The position numbers were made by a program, and so were the translations under genes. This document shows, piece by piece, positions 22,001-29,814 of a stretch of DNA of 64,000 bases (its first letter is position 1; every line of letters starts with the position of its first letter). Source of the DNA: Dehalococcoidia bacterium (lineage in GTDB: Bacteria; Chloroflexota; Dehalococcoidia; Plut-88900); assembly GCA_965197645.1 (NCBI GenBank), contig OZ240219.1, positions 2,944,001 through 3,008,000 of the forward strand, read 5' to 3'. The notes under the pieces were generated by a model that did not search any database, was not told the origin of the DNA, and was given only the letters and a program-made list of their open reading frames with translations.

Positions 22001-22249
22001 TCCATCAGCTACAGGACCCTGCGGGACCACGCCTTCACGGTGACCGGGGGCGAGGTGGTCAGGGCAAAGCGGCTTGAGAGGGGCAAGAACGTCAGGTGGG
22101 AGATCAGCGTCAGACCGGACGGAAACGGCGCCGTAACCATAACGCTGCCTGTCACGACGGACTGCGAGGACGAGGGTGCCATCTGCACCGGGGACGCCAG
22201 GATGCTGTCCAACCGGGTGGAACTGACCGTCGGCGGTCCAGACGGATAG
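13010..22249 (+). CDS. Giant secreted adhesin-like protein (3079 aa): signal peptide, 13 Calx-beta-like repeats, 2 FN3, SwmB-like and Ig-like repeats
   Basis: TTG start after AAGGAG; signal peptide ending AHA; repeats VxVxF...YxVPEG...DY...LTFNAGETEK...DxxDDDDESV; FN3 (IDWAKP...YIVQWK...GLTEDALYSVRVIA); SwmB-like ATVDGxTLxLxYSExLD. Confidence 0.9.
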   Translation: MTKLVPLLAIMALLMGLPSVAHAQATTPTVSSAAITSNPGTDNTYATGNTVTVSLTFSEAVTITGTPHVVVDIGGQPRNFKYSGDGSSAAAQPFSYTVLVGDKDADGVSLQANSLTLNGGTVQATDDSTNATLTHPAMTFANHKVDTQVTLLSNLGQADASDTITVSATESAKIEIVVAQDKAFDINAITLDVRTPSETLNVTVRLFGGDFADYTYTGSVTAAGLQTFTLSGPPGVSFGNVGWADFGQIYRYQMIVSGSGAGSVELVGTTGTGTDAGGVSGLSIRAVRGETSNPQMRLSGHEGAIPNLMYGDVLSSPPDGTAYAAGDRIAFLFVFSRPVDFPQGITVPFWLGNGAEDRREASLIENLSGYYEDLFFSYTVQPGDTDSDGIFLGADPLGDNAGIDFHTEETAAVPAYLRLAANQLAASQSVNGSGSRTCEEVFCSTVLVGEERVGLEAAIGFSISVNANALPFVPLGASSALSFGYGGEEYVVRELVFLDQAIAALDLRFQNGLPSSHYDRLTLSVDGTLFLLSEASSSSVAVRFQWSDPVLPWAAGDEIDVKLIETATATFDAASYAKTEGDTFEVTVTLGDPFANTLTLPIEVAENGGADATDYTGIPENLVFAPGETVKTFTVTIEDDDFNDDDESLTLSFGEESHIRSGGANETATITITDTDGPQVSVSFGAGTYTVPEGGTQSVTVSLSADPERTVEIRLTHMPQGGAGSTDYSGVPANLTFNAGETEKSFIFTSAQDMEDDDDESVLLGFGTPLPPGVTAGTTSQTTVSITDDDVPQVTVMFLESAYNVPEGGTQSVTVSLSADPERTVEIRLTHMPQGGAGSTDYSGVPANLTFNAGETEKSFIFTSAQDMEDDDDESVLLGFGTLPSMVSAGTPATTTVSITDNDFPEVTVMFGADAYTVPEGGTQSVAVTLSADPERTVVIPLTTMPQGGAGSTDYSGVPANLTFNTGDTEQTITFSATHDTEDDDDESVLLGFGANLPPGVTAGTTSQTTVSITDDDVPQVTVMFLESAYNVPEGGTQSVTVSLSADPERTVEIRLTHMPQGGAGSTDYSGVPANLTFNAGETEKSFIFTSAQDMEDDDDESVLLGFGTLPSMVSAGTPATTTVSITDNDFPEVTVMFGADAYTVLEGGTQSVAVTLSADPERTVVIPLTTMPQGGAGSTDYSGVPANLTFNAGETEKSFVFTSAQDTEDDDDESVLLGFGANLPIRITQGVTNEATVSITDDDDPQVSVSFGAGTYTVPEGGTQSVTVSLSADPERTVEIRLTHMPQGGAGSTDYSGVPANLTFNAGETEKSFIFTSAQDMEDDDDESVLLGFGTPLPPGVTAGTTSQTTVSITDDDVPQVTVMFLESAYNVPEGGTQSVTVSLSADPERTVEIPLTHMPQGGAGSTDYSGVPANLTFNAGETEKSFIFTSAQDMEDDDDESVLLGFGTLPSMVSAGTPATTTVSITDNDFPEVTVMFGADAYTVPEGGTQSVAVTLSADPERTVVIPLTTMPQGGAGSTDYTVPLSVTFNTGDTEQTITFSATHDTEDDDDESVLLGFGANLPIRITQGVANEATVSITDDDDPQVTVSFGAGTYTVPEGGTQLVTVNLSADPERTVVIPLTTMPQGGAGSTDYSVPLSVTFNTGEMSKTITFNATHDTEDDDDESVLLGFGANLPSRVIQGAPNEATVRITDDDDPEVTVMFAQMAYTVPEGGTQSVTVNLSADPERTVVIPLTTMNQGGVDATDYSVPTSVTFNSGQMSKTIMFSATHDTVDDDDESVKMAIGTPLPSRVTQGAPNEATVTITDDDDPFVEVQFAQNSYTVPEGGTQAVTVTLSADPERTVDIPLVATAQGGADITDYSVPLGVIFNSGELSKTITFSATHDTVDDDNESVRLAIGAILPARVSRGATNETTVSITDDDDPHVTVMFAQAGYRVVEGETVAVRVTLSADPERTVTIPLVATGQVGATTDDYSGVPEDLTINAGETSKTFEFMATADETSDTGESVNISFGTSLPSRVTEGTPNEATVTIKQVSTQFSLDCTGTAAAWCADVGFSDQTAENWGRANLRYGRGLDPVASLSNDVFRFRGVDYTVLSMELRPGTHPIMPNAWSRWQQGYSSFRIVINWGPSLRGDPVEEHYRDWVLHLDGLELPFKDAFVYRNNFTWVGAEFQQIFNDWTPSTVTKVGIEEVAVADQDTNPLLPWAPMQVDATPEGPNGLRIDWAKPAWYTPGLNLPGLPEPTKYIVQWKLAPVGWGDSADVSQREMAAGSNSHSLTVDGLTEDALYSVRVIAGNDAGDGPPSEETLGRPQDGVIALLAKTVNGRTLTLRFSERLDPNAVPAETDFVVIADGGLIAVDSVAISGDAVTLTLDRAVTAANSVLARYDKPTDPSAVFLRDTGGDHVQIRQHFELLRAVNATPQSSVQPLTAQFANMPSSHDGATRFTFEIEFSEPVWVGIGLPRDDMLEVTGGTVISAPWKDRRTDKVTVHVQPDTTGDIVIVLAGNRVCAGIIGSGDLPDDPVAGAPCAIGNRMLTNDSTMTIPGPSSSGQQVVENTPAEGEPRIDGVPEVGQTLSADTTGIVDVDGLDDVVFRYQWLADGAVIASATGATYTVVSGDVGKAIRVRVAFTDDGGNEETLTSAPTVVTAAGLQLQSATVDGVTLMLTYSEVLDNGVTLGTTLFAVNVNGSPRSLSGVAVGGSNVLLLLSSAVEAGDTVTVDYTAPNGPDFIRDTLGRKAASFSGQAVTNDTAVSGGGRSDPAEAPGAPDSLEVVRYESGKLRASWDAPDSDPAPTGYTVQWKESADSWADLDDVSEANVKETSHVITGLTDGVEYAVRVMARKGDAESTPSGEVAATPQETEPPAPSSASVDGATLTIIFDEPLDPGETPAKSAFAVTARDVGWGVETVAVSGSGVTITLAAAVCAGDAVSVGYTAPADASAVRLQDLAGNAAASFSEWQVTNNTGAAGQLTACARGVPASHDGSASFTFELRFSEEFSISYRTLRDHAFTVTGGEVVRAKRLERGKNVRWEISVRPDGNGAVTITLPVTTDCEDEGAICTGDARMLSNRVELTVGGPDG
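14710..19110 (+). repeat. Intragenic tandem array of ~340 bp Calx-beta units
   Basis: 13 units counted in the translation. Units 2-9 (about 15040-17765) are near-identical at DNA level in the order A-B-C-B-C'-A-B-C''; terminal units are diverged. Confidence 0.9.
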
Positions 22250-22557
22250 GCCGGGTGGGTGGAGAGCGCTGGGCCTTCCAGGCAACAAGAAAACAGGATA
22301 CATGGATGAATCGGTGAGGCAAGCGTCCCACCGGCAACCGTAACGCCCTAGGGCCGAGGCGAACAGGAAAGGGGACGCTTGCACGCGGATTGGAGAGAGT
22401 CACCAGGGCGGCGGCCTCCCCCAAGGCTGCGGGTTGGACCGACTGCGGGCGCTTGCGTTCCGCACGCCGTCCCGCCTGGGGTTTCCGTCCTGCGGAAGGA
22501 CCGGACATCCCCGTAGGAGGGAGCTTGCAGCCGTCTTCCGGAAGGACCGCCGATTCC

Positions 22558-22842
22558 ATGCCTCGACAACGCATCCACCACAGCAGAGTGACCTACCAGG
22601 TCCCCCACGACTTCCCGGAGCGGCTGGAGCGATTCAAGGAGGAGTCGGGCCTGTCGTGGTCGGAGATCGCCCGTCGTCTCGACGTCCATCACGAGACGCT
22701 GCGGCGCTGGAGGAAGGGTCGCGCTCGCCCCACCACCGCTTACGGTAGATACCGCCATCTTCGAGATGTCGCTCGGCAGCCTGTCGGCGCACCAAGGACT
22801 CGCGATTCCTGTAGTGTGACGTGTAGGGACGGTGGAACGTAG
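22558..22842 (+). CDS. Small XRE-like HTH protein (MPRQRIHH family), C-terminus aberrant, possibly a pseudogene
   Basis: MPRQRIHHSRVTYQVPHDFPERLERFKEESGLSWSEIARRL...GRARP aligns with 29815-30060, then similarity is lost. Confidence 0.7.
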   Translation: MPRQRIHHSRVTYQVPHDFPERLERFKEESGLSWSEIARRLDVHHETLRRWRKGRARPTTAYGRYRHLRDVARQPVGAPRTRDSCSVTCRDGGT

Positions 22843-22864
22843 GGAGCGTCTCGCCATTGGGGCT

Positions 22865-25261
22865 TCACTCTCTCTGCGTCTCCCCCTTGGGCATCCGGTA
22901 GCCGACGCGAGGCTCGGTGAAGATGTAGGTGGGATTGTCGGCGTCGTCGCCCAGCTTGCGGCGGAGGCTGCTAACGATGGTCCTCATGGCGCGAACGTCG
23001 CTGTCGGTCTTCTCCCCCCACACCCGTTGCAGCAGATGCTCGTAGGTCAACACCCGTCCTCCGTTCGCCGAAAGCTCGGCGAGCAGCCGGTACTCGATGG
23101 CCATCAGCTGGAGCGGACGGCCTGCGAGCGTCGCCCGGCGTTCGCCGTAGTTGACCACAAGGCCGCCCATCACATACGGCTCTGACGACTCGGCCGCCGC
23201 CCGCTTCCGCAGGGCCGCCCTGATCCTCGCCGCAAGCTCAGTTGGAGAGAAGGGCTTGGCGACGTAATCCACGGCCCCCATGTCCAAGGCCCTGGCAACA
23301 AGCTGGTCCTGTCCATAGGCGGACAGGAAGATCACCGGCACGTCCACCGTCTCCAGGATGTCCCTCATCAACTCGATCCCGTCGGCGCCCGGCAGCATCA
23401 TGTCGAGCAGGACAAGATCGGGCTTCTCGTCTGCCACGAGGCGGAGCGCCTCTCCCGGGTCACCAGTCACCAGCGGCGCATAGCCCGCCCTGTTGAGTGC
23501 GTCGCCGACGTACCTGAGCGCCTGGGGGTCGTCGTCCACCGCGAGGACGCGCACCGGTTGACCCGCCTCCCCCACCGCTCGCCGTGAGGAGCGGACCGAG
23601 CGCGGGGTGGGGATGCTCGCCGTGCCGCTACCGGACTCTTCGACAGACGGAAGCGTGAAGGTGAACCGCGCTCCCATGCCCGGCCCCTCGCTCTCGGCCC
23701 ATATCCGGCCCCCGTGCGCCTCCACTATCCCCTTGCAGATGGCGAGACCCAGGCCCGACCCGAGGACACCGCTTCCGCGTTCGTCGCCCTCGATCCGGGT
23801 GAACTTCCGAAACAGGAAGGGCAGCTGCTCGGAGGGTATGCCCCTGCCCTCGTCGGCCACCGAGACCGCAACGTAAACGCCCTCCCGCACGGCGGTCACC
23901 GTGATGACGGACGACTCCGAGGAGTGCCGGGCGGCGTTGGACAGGAGGTTGCCCAGGACCTGCACGATGCGCAGCCGGTCCGCCATGACCAGGGGCAGGT
24001 CGGGTCCGATCTCGATGGCCAGGTTGTTCCTTCCCCCGGCACTGATGAAGGCGCTCCTTGCCCGGTCCACCAGCGCCGCCACCTCCGCAGGCTCCGGGGC
24101 GACCGGCAGCGTGCCCGTCTCGATGCGCGCCACGTCCAATAGGTCGGCCACCAGGTCGTGCATGTGGTCGGCCTGCTCCTCGATGATGCGGAAGAACTGC
24201 CGGACCACTGCGGGATCCATGTCGGTGGACGAACCCAGCACCGTTGCCGCGGAGCCCTTGATGGAGGTCAGCGGCCCCCGCAGCTCGTGGCTCACCATCC
24301 CCAGGAACTCGGCGCGCAGCCGCTCAAGCTCCTCCAGGGCCGTCATGTCCTGGAGGGTGACGACCACCGACTCCAGCTCTCCCTCCGCCGAGAGGATGGG
24401 CGTGGCGTTGATGATGGTGGTGACGCTCCGCCCGTCGGGGACCTGCATCACGATCTCCTCGGCCCGCACCGTCTCCCCCGTGCTCAGCGCCTGCGCTATC
24501 GGGAACTCTTGCAGCGAAATCTCCCGCCCGTCGGCTCGCCGGTAGGTCAGCGTCTGAAGCAGCTCCTCCGCCGACTGGTCGGGGTTGCGCAGGCCGTCGA
24601 CGATCCTCCTCCCCTCGCGGTTGAGCGACGACGGGGCTCCGGTCTTCGCATCGAAGACCACCACGCCCACGGGACAGGTGTTGACGAGGGTCTCCAGGTC
24701 GGCCCTGGCCCGCTGCTCCTCCCTGTGCCTGCGGGCGTTGGTAATGGCCATCGCCGCCTGGGACGCGAACATCAGCAGCGTGTCCTCGTCCTCCTGGGTG
24801 AACTCAAGGCCGCCCTCCTTGTCCGATAGATAGAGGTTGCCGATGTGTCGCCCCCTGTGACGGATGGGCGCGCCCAAAAAGCCTTGCACCGGCCCCAGGG
24901 GAGGGCCGATCTCCGGCAGGCCCGCCGCCGTCGTGTAGGCGGAGAAGTCCGCCAGCCTGAGCGGTTCCGGAATCATGCTCAGGTAGGCGAAGAACTCCGG
25001 TCCCCCCGGCAGGTCCACGAACCGCTGGCGCTCTTCGGCGGTCATGCCGGAGGTGATGAATGACGTCAGCTCCCCTGCCTCGTCGAGGGCGGTAAGGCCG
25101 CTGATCCTCGCGCCGGTGAGGGAGCGAGCTGCGTCCACCACCTCTTGCAGGACGGTATCGAGGTCGAGGTCCTCGGTGATGCGGACGCCCGCCTCACTCA
25201 GTCCGGAGAGGCGGTTCCGCAGGGTTTCTATCTCCCGTTTCAGGCTGTCTGCTGGCTCCAA
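22865..25261 (-). CDS. Fused cytoplasmic two-component protein: GAF-PAS-HisKA-HATPase-REC-OmpR winged helix
   Basis: GAF (FLGAPIRHRGRHIGNLYLSDK), SHELRGPLTSI, NLLSNAARH, GSGLGLAI, REC (AVDDD, LLDMMLPG, KPF), C-terminal LRRKLGDDADNPTYIFTEPRVGYRM (KdpE-like); TTG start with GAGGTG RBS. Confidence 0.92.
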   Translation of the reverse strand: MEPADSLKREIETLRNRLSGLSEAGVRITEDLDLDTVLQEVVDAARSLTGARISGLTALDEAGELTSFITSGMTAEERQRFVDLPGGPEFFAYLSMIPEPLRLADFSAYTTAAGLPEIGPPLGPVQGFLGAPIRHRGRHIGNLYLSDKEGGLEFTQEDEDTLLMFASQAAMAITNARRHREEQRARADLETLVNTCPVGVVVFDAKTGAPSSLNREGRRIVDGLRNPDQSAEELLQTLTYRRADGREISLQEFPIAQALSTGETVRAEEIVMQVPDGRSVTTIINATPILSAEGELESVVVTLQDMTALEELERLRAEFLGMVSHELRGPLTSIKGSAATVLGSSTDMDPAVVRQFFRIIEEQADHMHDLVADLLDVARIETGTLPVAPEPAEVAALVDRARSAFISAGGRNNLAIEIGPDLPLVMADRLRIVQVLGNLLSNAARHSSESSVITVTAVREGVYVAVSVADEGRGIPSEQLPFLFRKFTRIEGDERGSGVLGSGLGLAICKGIVEAHGGRIWAESEGPGMGARFTFTLPSVEESGSGTASIPTPRSVRSSRRAVGEAGQPVRVLAVDDDPQALRYVGDALNRAGYAPLVTGDPGEALRLVADEKPDLVLLDMMLPGADGIELMRDILETVDVPVIFLSAYGQDQLVARALDMGAVDYVAKPFSPTELAARIRAALRKRAAAESSEPYVMGGLVVNYGERRATLAGRPLQLMAIEYRLLAELSANGGRVLTYEHLLQRVWGEKTDSDVRAMRTIVSSLRRKLGDDADNPTYIFTEPRVGYRMPKGETQRE

Positions 25262-25348
25262 TGCGCCACCTCGCTTGTGCTCCCAAGCCCGCGTCTACGA
25301 ACCGGCTGGAATTGGGACAACTGGGGCAATTCTAGCATTTTGGGCCAA

Positions 25349-25414
25349 AGTTGATAAGACATTACGGAAAACACGTCGAAAGTTGATAGCGAGTTGATAC
25401 GCGTGCGGTATAGT
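25349..25414 (+). promoter_or_regulatory. Candidate OmpR/PhoB-type direct-repeat boxes plus -10 element
   Basis: AGTTGATA at 25349, 25381 and 25392 (11 bp period for the last two), followed by TATAGT at 25409-25414. Confidence 0.55.
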
Positions 25415-25566
25415 GGGGTATGACTTTGCCCGATTGAGGGAGATATTCACTTGGCGTTCGACAGGCCGATACCTGCAACAGAGACAGCGGGCGCACCGGC
25501 GGCGTTAGCCGCCGTGCCGACCGCGCTTGAGGCCGTCTTCGCCCGCTGCGTGTTCGCACAAATGTT

Positions 25567-25580
25567 CCCCCCCCCCCCCC
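25567..25580 (+). repeat. Poly-C homopolymer (C14) upstream of adhesin gene
   Basis: TGTT-C14-GATTTT read directly. Confidence 0.85.
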
Positions 25581-25893
25581 GATTTTCGTCGCCAGCCCGT
25601 AACCGGGCCTCTCTACTTCGCTTCAATCCCCCTCGTCTCCGCCGCGTCGCCGCACGCCCGGAGCACAAGCCGCTTTCGCACGGCGCACCCAGCGCCCCTG
25701 GGGAATGGGCAGGTCCCTTGCCGACCGACTTCGCCCGTCCGCCGTCTCTCATACCAACCGCCGCCCTCAACGCCCCACTAGGCGCGCGCCCGTGGGTACC
25801 CAACCTTGCGTATCGACGCAGGCTCACGCCAGCGGCCCCGTTGGACGGAGGCCCGGCGACGGCCATGCGCAACACACACCAGGAGGATAAACG

Positions 25894-28800
25894 ATGACTC
25901 TCACCAGTAGGTCCAGACTCCTTATCCGGTTCACCGTTCTGGCTGCGTTGGCCATAGGCATCGTCATGCTGGCCCTCTCCTCCACCGGCTCGAATACGGT
26001 GGGGGCGCAGCAAGGCACCCTTCCCGATAAGCCCACGGGAGTCGTCGTCACGGCGACGCACGACTCGGTTTCCCTCACATGGGAGGACCCCGCCGACAGC
26101 ACCATCACCCACTATCAGATATTCCGGCGCGACCGCGCCGTCCACGATCCGGGCGAGTTCGTAGAAATAGACTCCAACACCGGCTCGGCGACGACCAGCT
26201 ACACGGATGCCAACGTGGAGCCGGAGGGCAGCTACGTGTACCGGGTGAAGGCGGTCAACCAGCACGGGGCCAGCACGTGGTCCAATTTCGTCCGGGCCGA
26301 CACCCCAGCCGCCCCCACTCCGCCCCCTACGCCGACACCAACACCAACGCCGTTGACCGCCTCGTTCGAGGACGAGGCCGAGACCCACAACGGCGCAGTG
26401 TCCTTCACCTTCCGTATCGAATTCAGCGAGGCCATCTCCATCAGCTACAAGACCCTCCGGGACCACTCCCTGGACGTGACCGACGGGTCAGTTACCCAAG
26501 CCAGGCGGGTGAATGGGAGCAGCAGTCTCTGGGAGATCACTGCCGAGCCCGACTCAGGCGCCGACGTGGCCATCACTCTGCCGGTCACCACCGACTGCGG
26601 CGACCAGGGAGCGGTCTGCACATCCGACGGAAGGAAGCTCTCCAACGAAGTGAAGCTGACCGTGACCGGCCCGGATGCGCCGGAGCCGACACCTACCCCG
26701 CAGCCCAACACACCGGCCACCGGCGTTCCCACCGTCAGCGGCACGGCCCGGGTGGGACAGACGCTGGAGGCGTTCACCAACGGCATATCTGACGCCGACG
26801 GGCTGGACGACGTGGCCTACAGCTACCAGTGGCTGGCTGACAACGCCGACATCGCAGGGGCTATGGGCAAGACCTACACGCTAGTGGCTGCCGACCAGGG
26901 CACGACCATCACGGTCCGTGTGACCTTCGACGACGACGCCAATAACGAAGAATCGCTCACCAGCGTGGCGACGGCCTCCGTCGCCGCGGCATCGGTTCCC
27001 GCCGACGTACAGGAAGCGCCGGCGTTCGCCGAGCGGGGCTACGTCTTCAACCTGGCGGAGAACACCGACGGCAGCACGAACCGGGTGTCGCTGGGCACGG
27101 TCTCGGCGACGGACCCGGAGGGTGCGGCGCTGACCTACAACATCGAGGGCGGCAACGCCTCGGGCCTGTTCGAGATCGACGCCGCGAGCGGTGAGCTGTT
27201 CTACACCGGCGCGGGCGAGGACTACGAGGCGGGCGCGGGGCCGTTCGAGCTGACGGTGCAGGCGAGCGACGGGGACCTCGCCACCCACACGATCGTGGTG
27301 GTCACCGTCAGAGACGTGCAGGAGGCGCCGGCGTTCGCCGAGCAGAGCTACGCCTTCGACCTGGAGGAGAACTCGTACGGCAGCGCGACGTGGGTGTCGC
27401 TGGGCACGGTCGCGGCGACCGATCAGGAGGGCGCGGCGCTGAGCTACAGCATCGAGGGCGGCAACGCCGCAGGGCTGTTCGAGATCGACGCGGCCAGTGG
27501 CGAGCTGTTCTACACCGGCGCGGGCGAGGACTTCGAGGCGGGCACGGGGCCGTTCGACCTGACGGTGCGGGCGAGCGACGGAGACCTCTCGATGGACACC
27601 GCCGTCACCGTCAGCGTCACCGATGTGCAGGAAGCCCCCAAGAGCGTATCCGAGCCCGACGGCGAGGACTTCTCCGCGAACAAATCCACGGACGGCCGGG
27701 TGGCGGTCGGCGACAGCGCCACGGGCGACATCGGCACCCCGAGAGACCGCGACTGGTTCGCCGTCGAGCTGGTGGCGGGCGGGGAGTACAGGTTCGACCT
27801 GATGGGCAGCCCGACGGGCGACGGCACGCTGTTCGATCCCGATCTGCGCGGCATCTACAACAACAAAGGGAGATTCATCCGAGGAACGATGGACGAGGAC
27901 GGCGGCACGGGCTTTAACAGCCGGGAGACGTTCACGCCGGACCAGGATGGCACCTACTACGTGGCAGCAGGCGGCCACGGAAGAGAGCAGGGCACTTACA
28001 CGCTGTCGGTGACGCTAGTGGAGGCGCCGCCGGTCAAGGGTATTGAGGTGGCGGACGCCGAGGCAACCGAAGGCTTGGACGCGCAGATCCTGTTCCGGGT
28101 GACGCTGGGCCGCGCCCCGTCCGAGCCGGTGACGGTCAGCTACGCCACGGCGGACGGGACGGCGGTAGCGGGGGAGGACTATGAAGCGACCTCCGGCACG
28201 CTGACCTTCGCCGCCGGCGAGACCGAGCAGACGGTGGCCGTGACGATCATCGACGATGCGGTGGAGGACAGCGGCGAGACGTTCCGGCTCGTGCTGAGCG
28301 GCCCAGCGGGGGCGGAACTGGCGGATGCCGAGGCGACCGGCACGATCCTGAACATCGACGAGTCGGTCTCCGAGGGGAGCTCCGACCTGCCCGCCGACAC
28401 CTCGACGAGCGGCGTCGTGGCGTTGGGCGGGTCGGCCACGGGAAATATCGCGTCGGAGGAGGACGCGGACTGGTTCAAGGTCGAGTTACAGGTGGGTCAG
28501 ACCTACCAGATTGATCTCGAGGGCTTGCCGACGGGCCAGGGGACGAATGAAGATCCCATTCTGGGCGGCATCTACGATAGGAATGGCGAGCAGATCCCCT
28601 TCTATTGGGACTCTAACAGTGGCAAAGGGACGAACGCCCGCCTGTACTTTCAGCCGGAGGCGAACGGAAATTATTACATCGCGGCCATTAGCAAAGAAAG
28701 AACCTCGCGCTCAGAGGGATCCCCGACCGGAACCTACCGGCTCTCCTTGACGGACGTGACGGATACGGAGATACCCGCCAGCACCGCCACCGCCGCGAGC

Positions 28801-29637
28801 GTCGCCGTGGGCGGCACCGCGACCGGGGAGATCGAGGCGTCGGGCGACCAGAACTGGTTCCGGGTCGAGCTCGATGCCGGCACGACCTACCTGATCGAGC
28901 AGAGGGGCGTCATTGGGTTCCTGGACGACCCGTGGATCATACCCGACGGAACAAGACGTTGCACCAGCTGTGGCTGGGACGAGGACTGGAGGGGAGAAGA
29001 TTTGCCGGACCACGGGACCTTGGTGACCCCGCTCATTCGCGGCATTCGCGACGTGGACGGCAATCTGATCGCGGGCACAGCACAAACCGATTTGCTGATC
29101 TTGTGGCTTCATCACTCCAGCGGCAACGAAAGCAAACCCTACTACGTCGGCCGGGTCGAATTCACCCCGGAGCAGACGGATACCTACTACATCGTCGCCG
29201 GCGCGCACACCGGCTACACGGGCACCTACGAGGTGTCGGTGAAAGAACCAGTATATAGCGCCACCATGACGGCGGGGAGCAGCACAGCCTCTGCAGTCAC
29301 GTTCGGCTGGGACGGCGACAGCACCTTCTTGGAAGGCGATGCCCTCACTGATGCCGATTTCGAGTATGAGAATGAAACGTACGAACTCTCCACCATCCTT
29401 ATCAACACCAACAACGGCAGGCTCGGAATGGTTATTGACGCCACAAACAGTGGCAGCATATCGGACGCGGCCGTCCGTAGTGTCATGGCGCTCCACGTCG
29501 ACGGCGTTGCATTCGCCCTGGGGGATGCTAGCTATACCCTACTGAGCTCCGGCGGACACTCTCTGACCTGGGATAACTCCGGCTTGACCTGGTCTGCCGG
29601 CGATACCGTGCAGTTGGAGATGTGGGTGACCGAGTAG
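25894..29637 (+). CDS. Secreted adhesin-like protein (1247 aa): FN3, Pro/Thr linkers, 2 cadherin repeats, 3 PPC-like domains, Calx-beta
   Basis: RBS AGGAGG; signal peptide; FN3 (VSLTWEDP...YVYRVKAVN); cadherin (EAPAF...LAEN...VSATDPEG...LFEIDAASGEL); PPC-like (DRDWFAVEL...GTYYVAA); Calx-beta (TADGTAVAGEDY...TLTFAAGETE). Confidence 0.9.
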   Translation: MTLTSRSRLLIRFTVLAALAIGIVMLALSSTGSNTVGAQQGTLPDKPTGVVVTATHDSVSLTWEDPADSTITHYQIFRRDRAVHDPGEFVEIDSNTGSATTSYTDANVEPEGSYVYRVKAVNQHGASTWSNFVRADTPAAPTPPPTPTPTPTPLTASFEDEAETHNGAVSFTFRIEFSEAISISYKTLRDHSLDVTDGSVTQARRVNGSSSLWEITAEPDSGADVAITLPVTTDCGDQGAVCTSDGRKLSNEVKLTVTGPDAPEPTPTPQPNTPATGVPTVSGTARVGQTLEAFTNGISDADGLDDVAYSYQWLADNADIAGAMGKTYTLVAADQGTTITVRVTFDDDANNEESLTSVATASVAAASVPADVQEAPAFAERGYVFNLAENTDGSTNRVSLGTVSATDPEGAALTYNIEGGNASGLFEIDAASGELFYTGAGEDYEAGAGPFELTVQASDGDLATHTIVVVTVRDVQEAPAFAEQSYAFDLEENSYGSATWVSLGTVAATDQEGAALSYSIEGGNAAGLFEIDAASGELFYTGAGEDFEAGTGPFDLTVRASDGDLSMDTAVTVSVTDVQEAPKSVSEPDGEDFSANKSTDGRVAVGDSATGDIGTPRDRDWFAVELVAGGEYRFDLMGSPTGDGTLFDPDLRGIYNNKGRFIRGTMDEDGGTGFNSRETFTPDQDGTYYVAAGGHGREQGTYTLSVTLVEAPPVKGIEVADAEATEGLDAQILFRVTLGRAPSEPVTVSYATADGTAVAGEDYEATSGTLTFAAGETEQTVAVTIIDDAVEDSGETFRLVLSGPAGAELADAEATGTILNIDESVSEGSSDLPADTSTSGVVALGGSATGNIASEEDADWFKVELQVGQTYQIDLEGLPTGQGTNEDPILGGIYDRNGEQIPFYWDSNSGKGTNARLYFQPEANGNYYIAAISKERTSRSEGSPTGTYRLSLTDVTDTEIPASTATAASVAVGGTATGEIEASGDQNWFRVELDAGTTYLIEQRGVIGFLDDPWIIPDGTRRCTSCGWDEDWRGEDLPDHGTLVTPLIRGIRDVDGNLIAGTAQTDLLILWLHHSSGNESKPYYVGRVEFTPEQTDTYYIVAGAHTGYTGTYEVSVKEPVYSATMTAGSSTASAVTFGWDGDSTFLEGDALTDADFEYENETYELSTILINTNNGRLGMVIDATNSGSISDAAVRSVMALHVDGVAFALGDASYTLLSSGGHSLTWDNSGLTWSAGDTVQLEMWVTE

Positions 29638-29814
29638 GGAGGCGGCGTGCCGTTGAAGCGGCTGCGCCCGCGGGGCCTGAAGACGCAAAAAGGGCAGCAC
29701 ACATGGGAAGTCCGGGCGGGGCGGCGGTCCCGCCCGGACAACGGATTCGCCCAATTCCAGGAGTGGACAGACGGCGGGAGCGTCCTGGCGAGTCCCTGTG
29801 GAAGGACCGGCCAG

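Noticed and set aside
13010-29637. Diversity-generating retroelement or shufflon acting on the adhesins
   Set aside because: No reverse transcriptase, no adenine-specific TR/VR pair, and no inverted recombination sites around variable tips were seen.
29670-29710. c-di-GMP-I riboswitch suggested by GACGCAAA
   Set aside because: Lacks the upstream GGCAAAC/GNRA P2 stem and the P3 elements; treated as a direct repeat instead.
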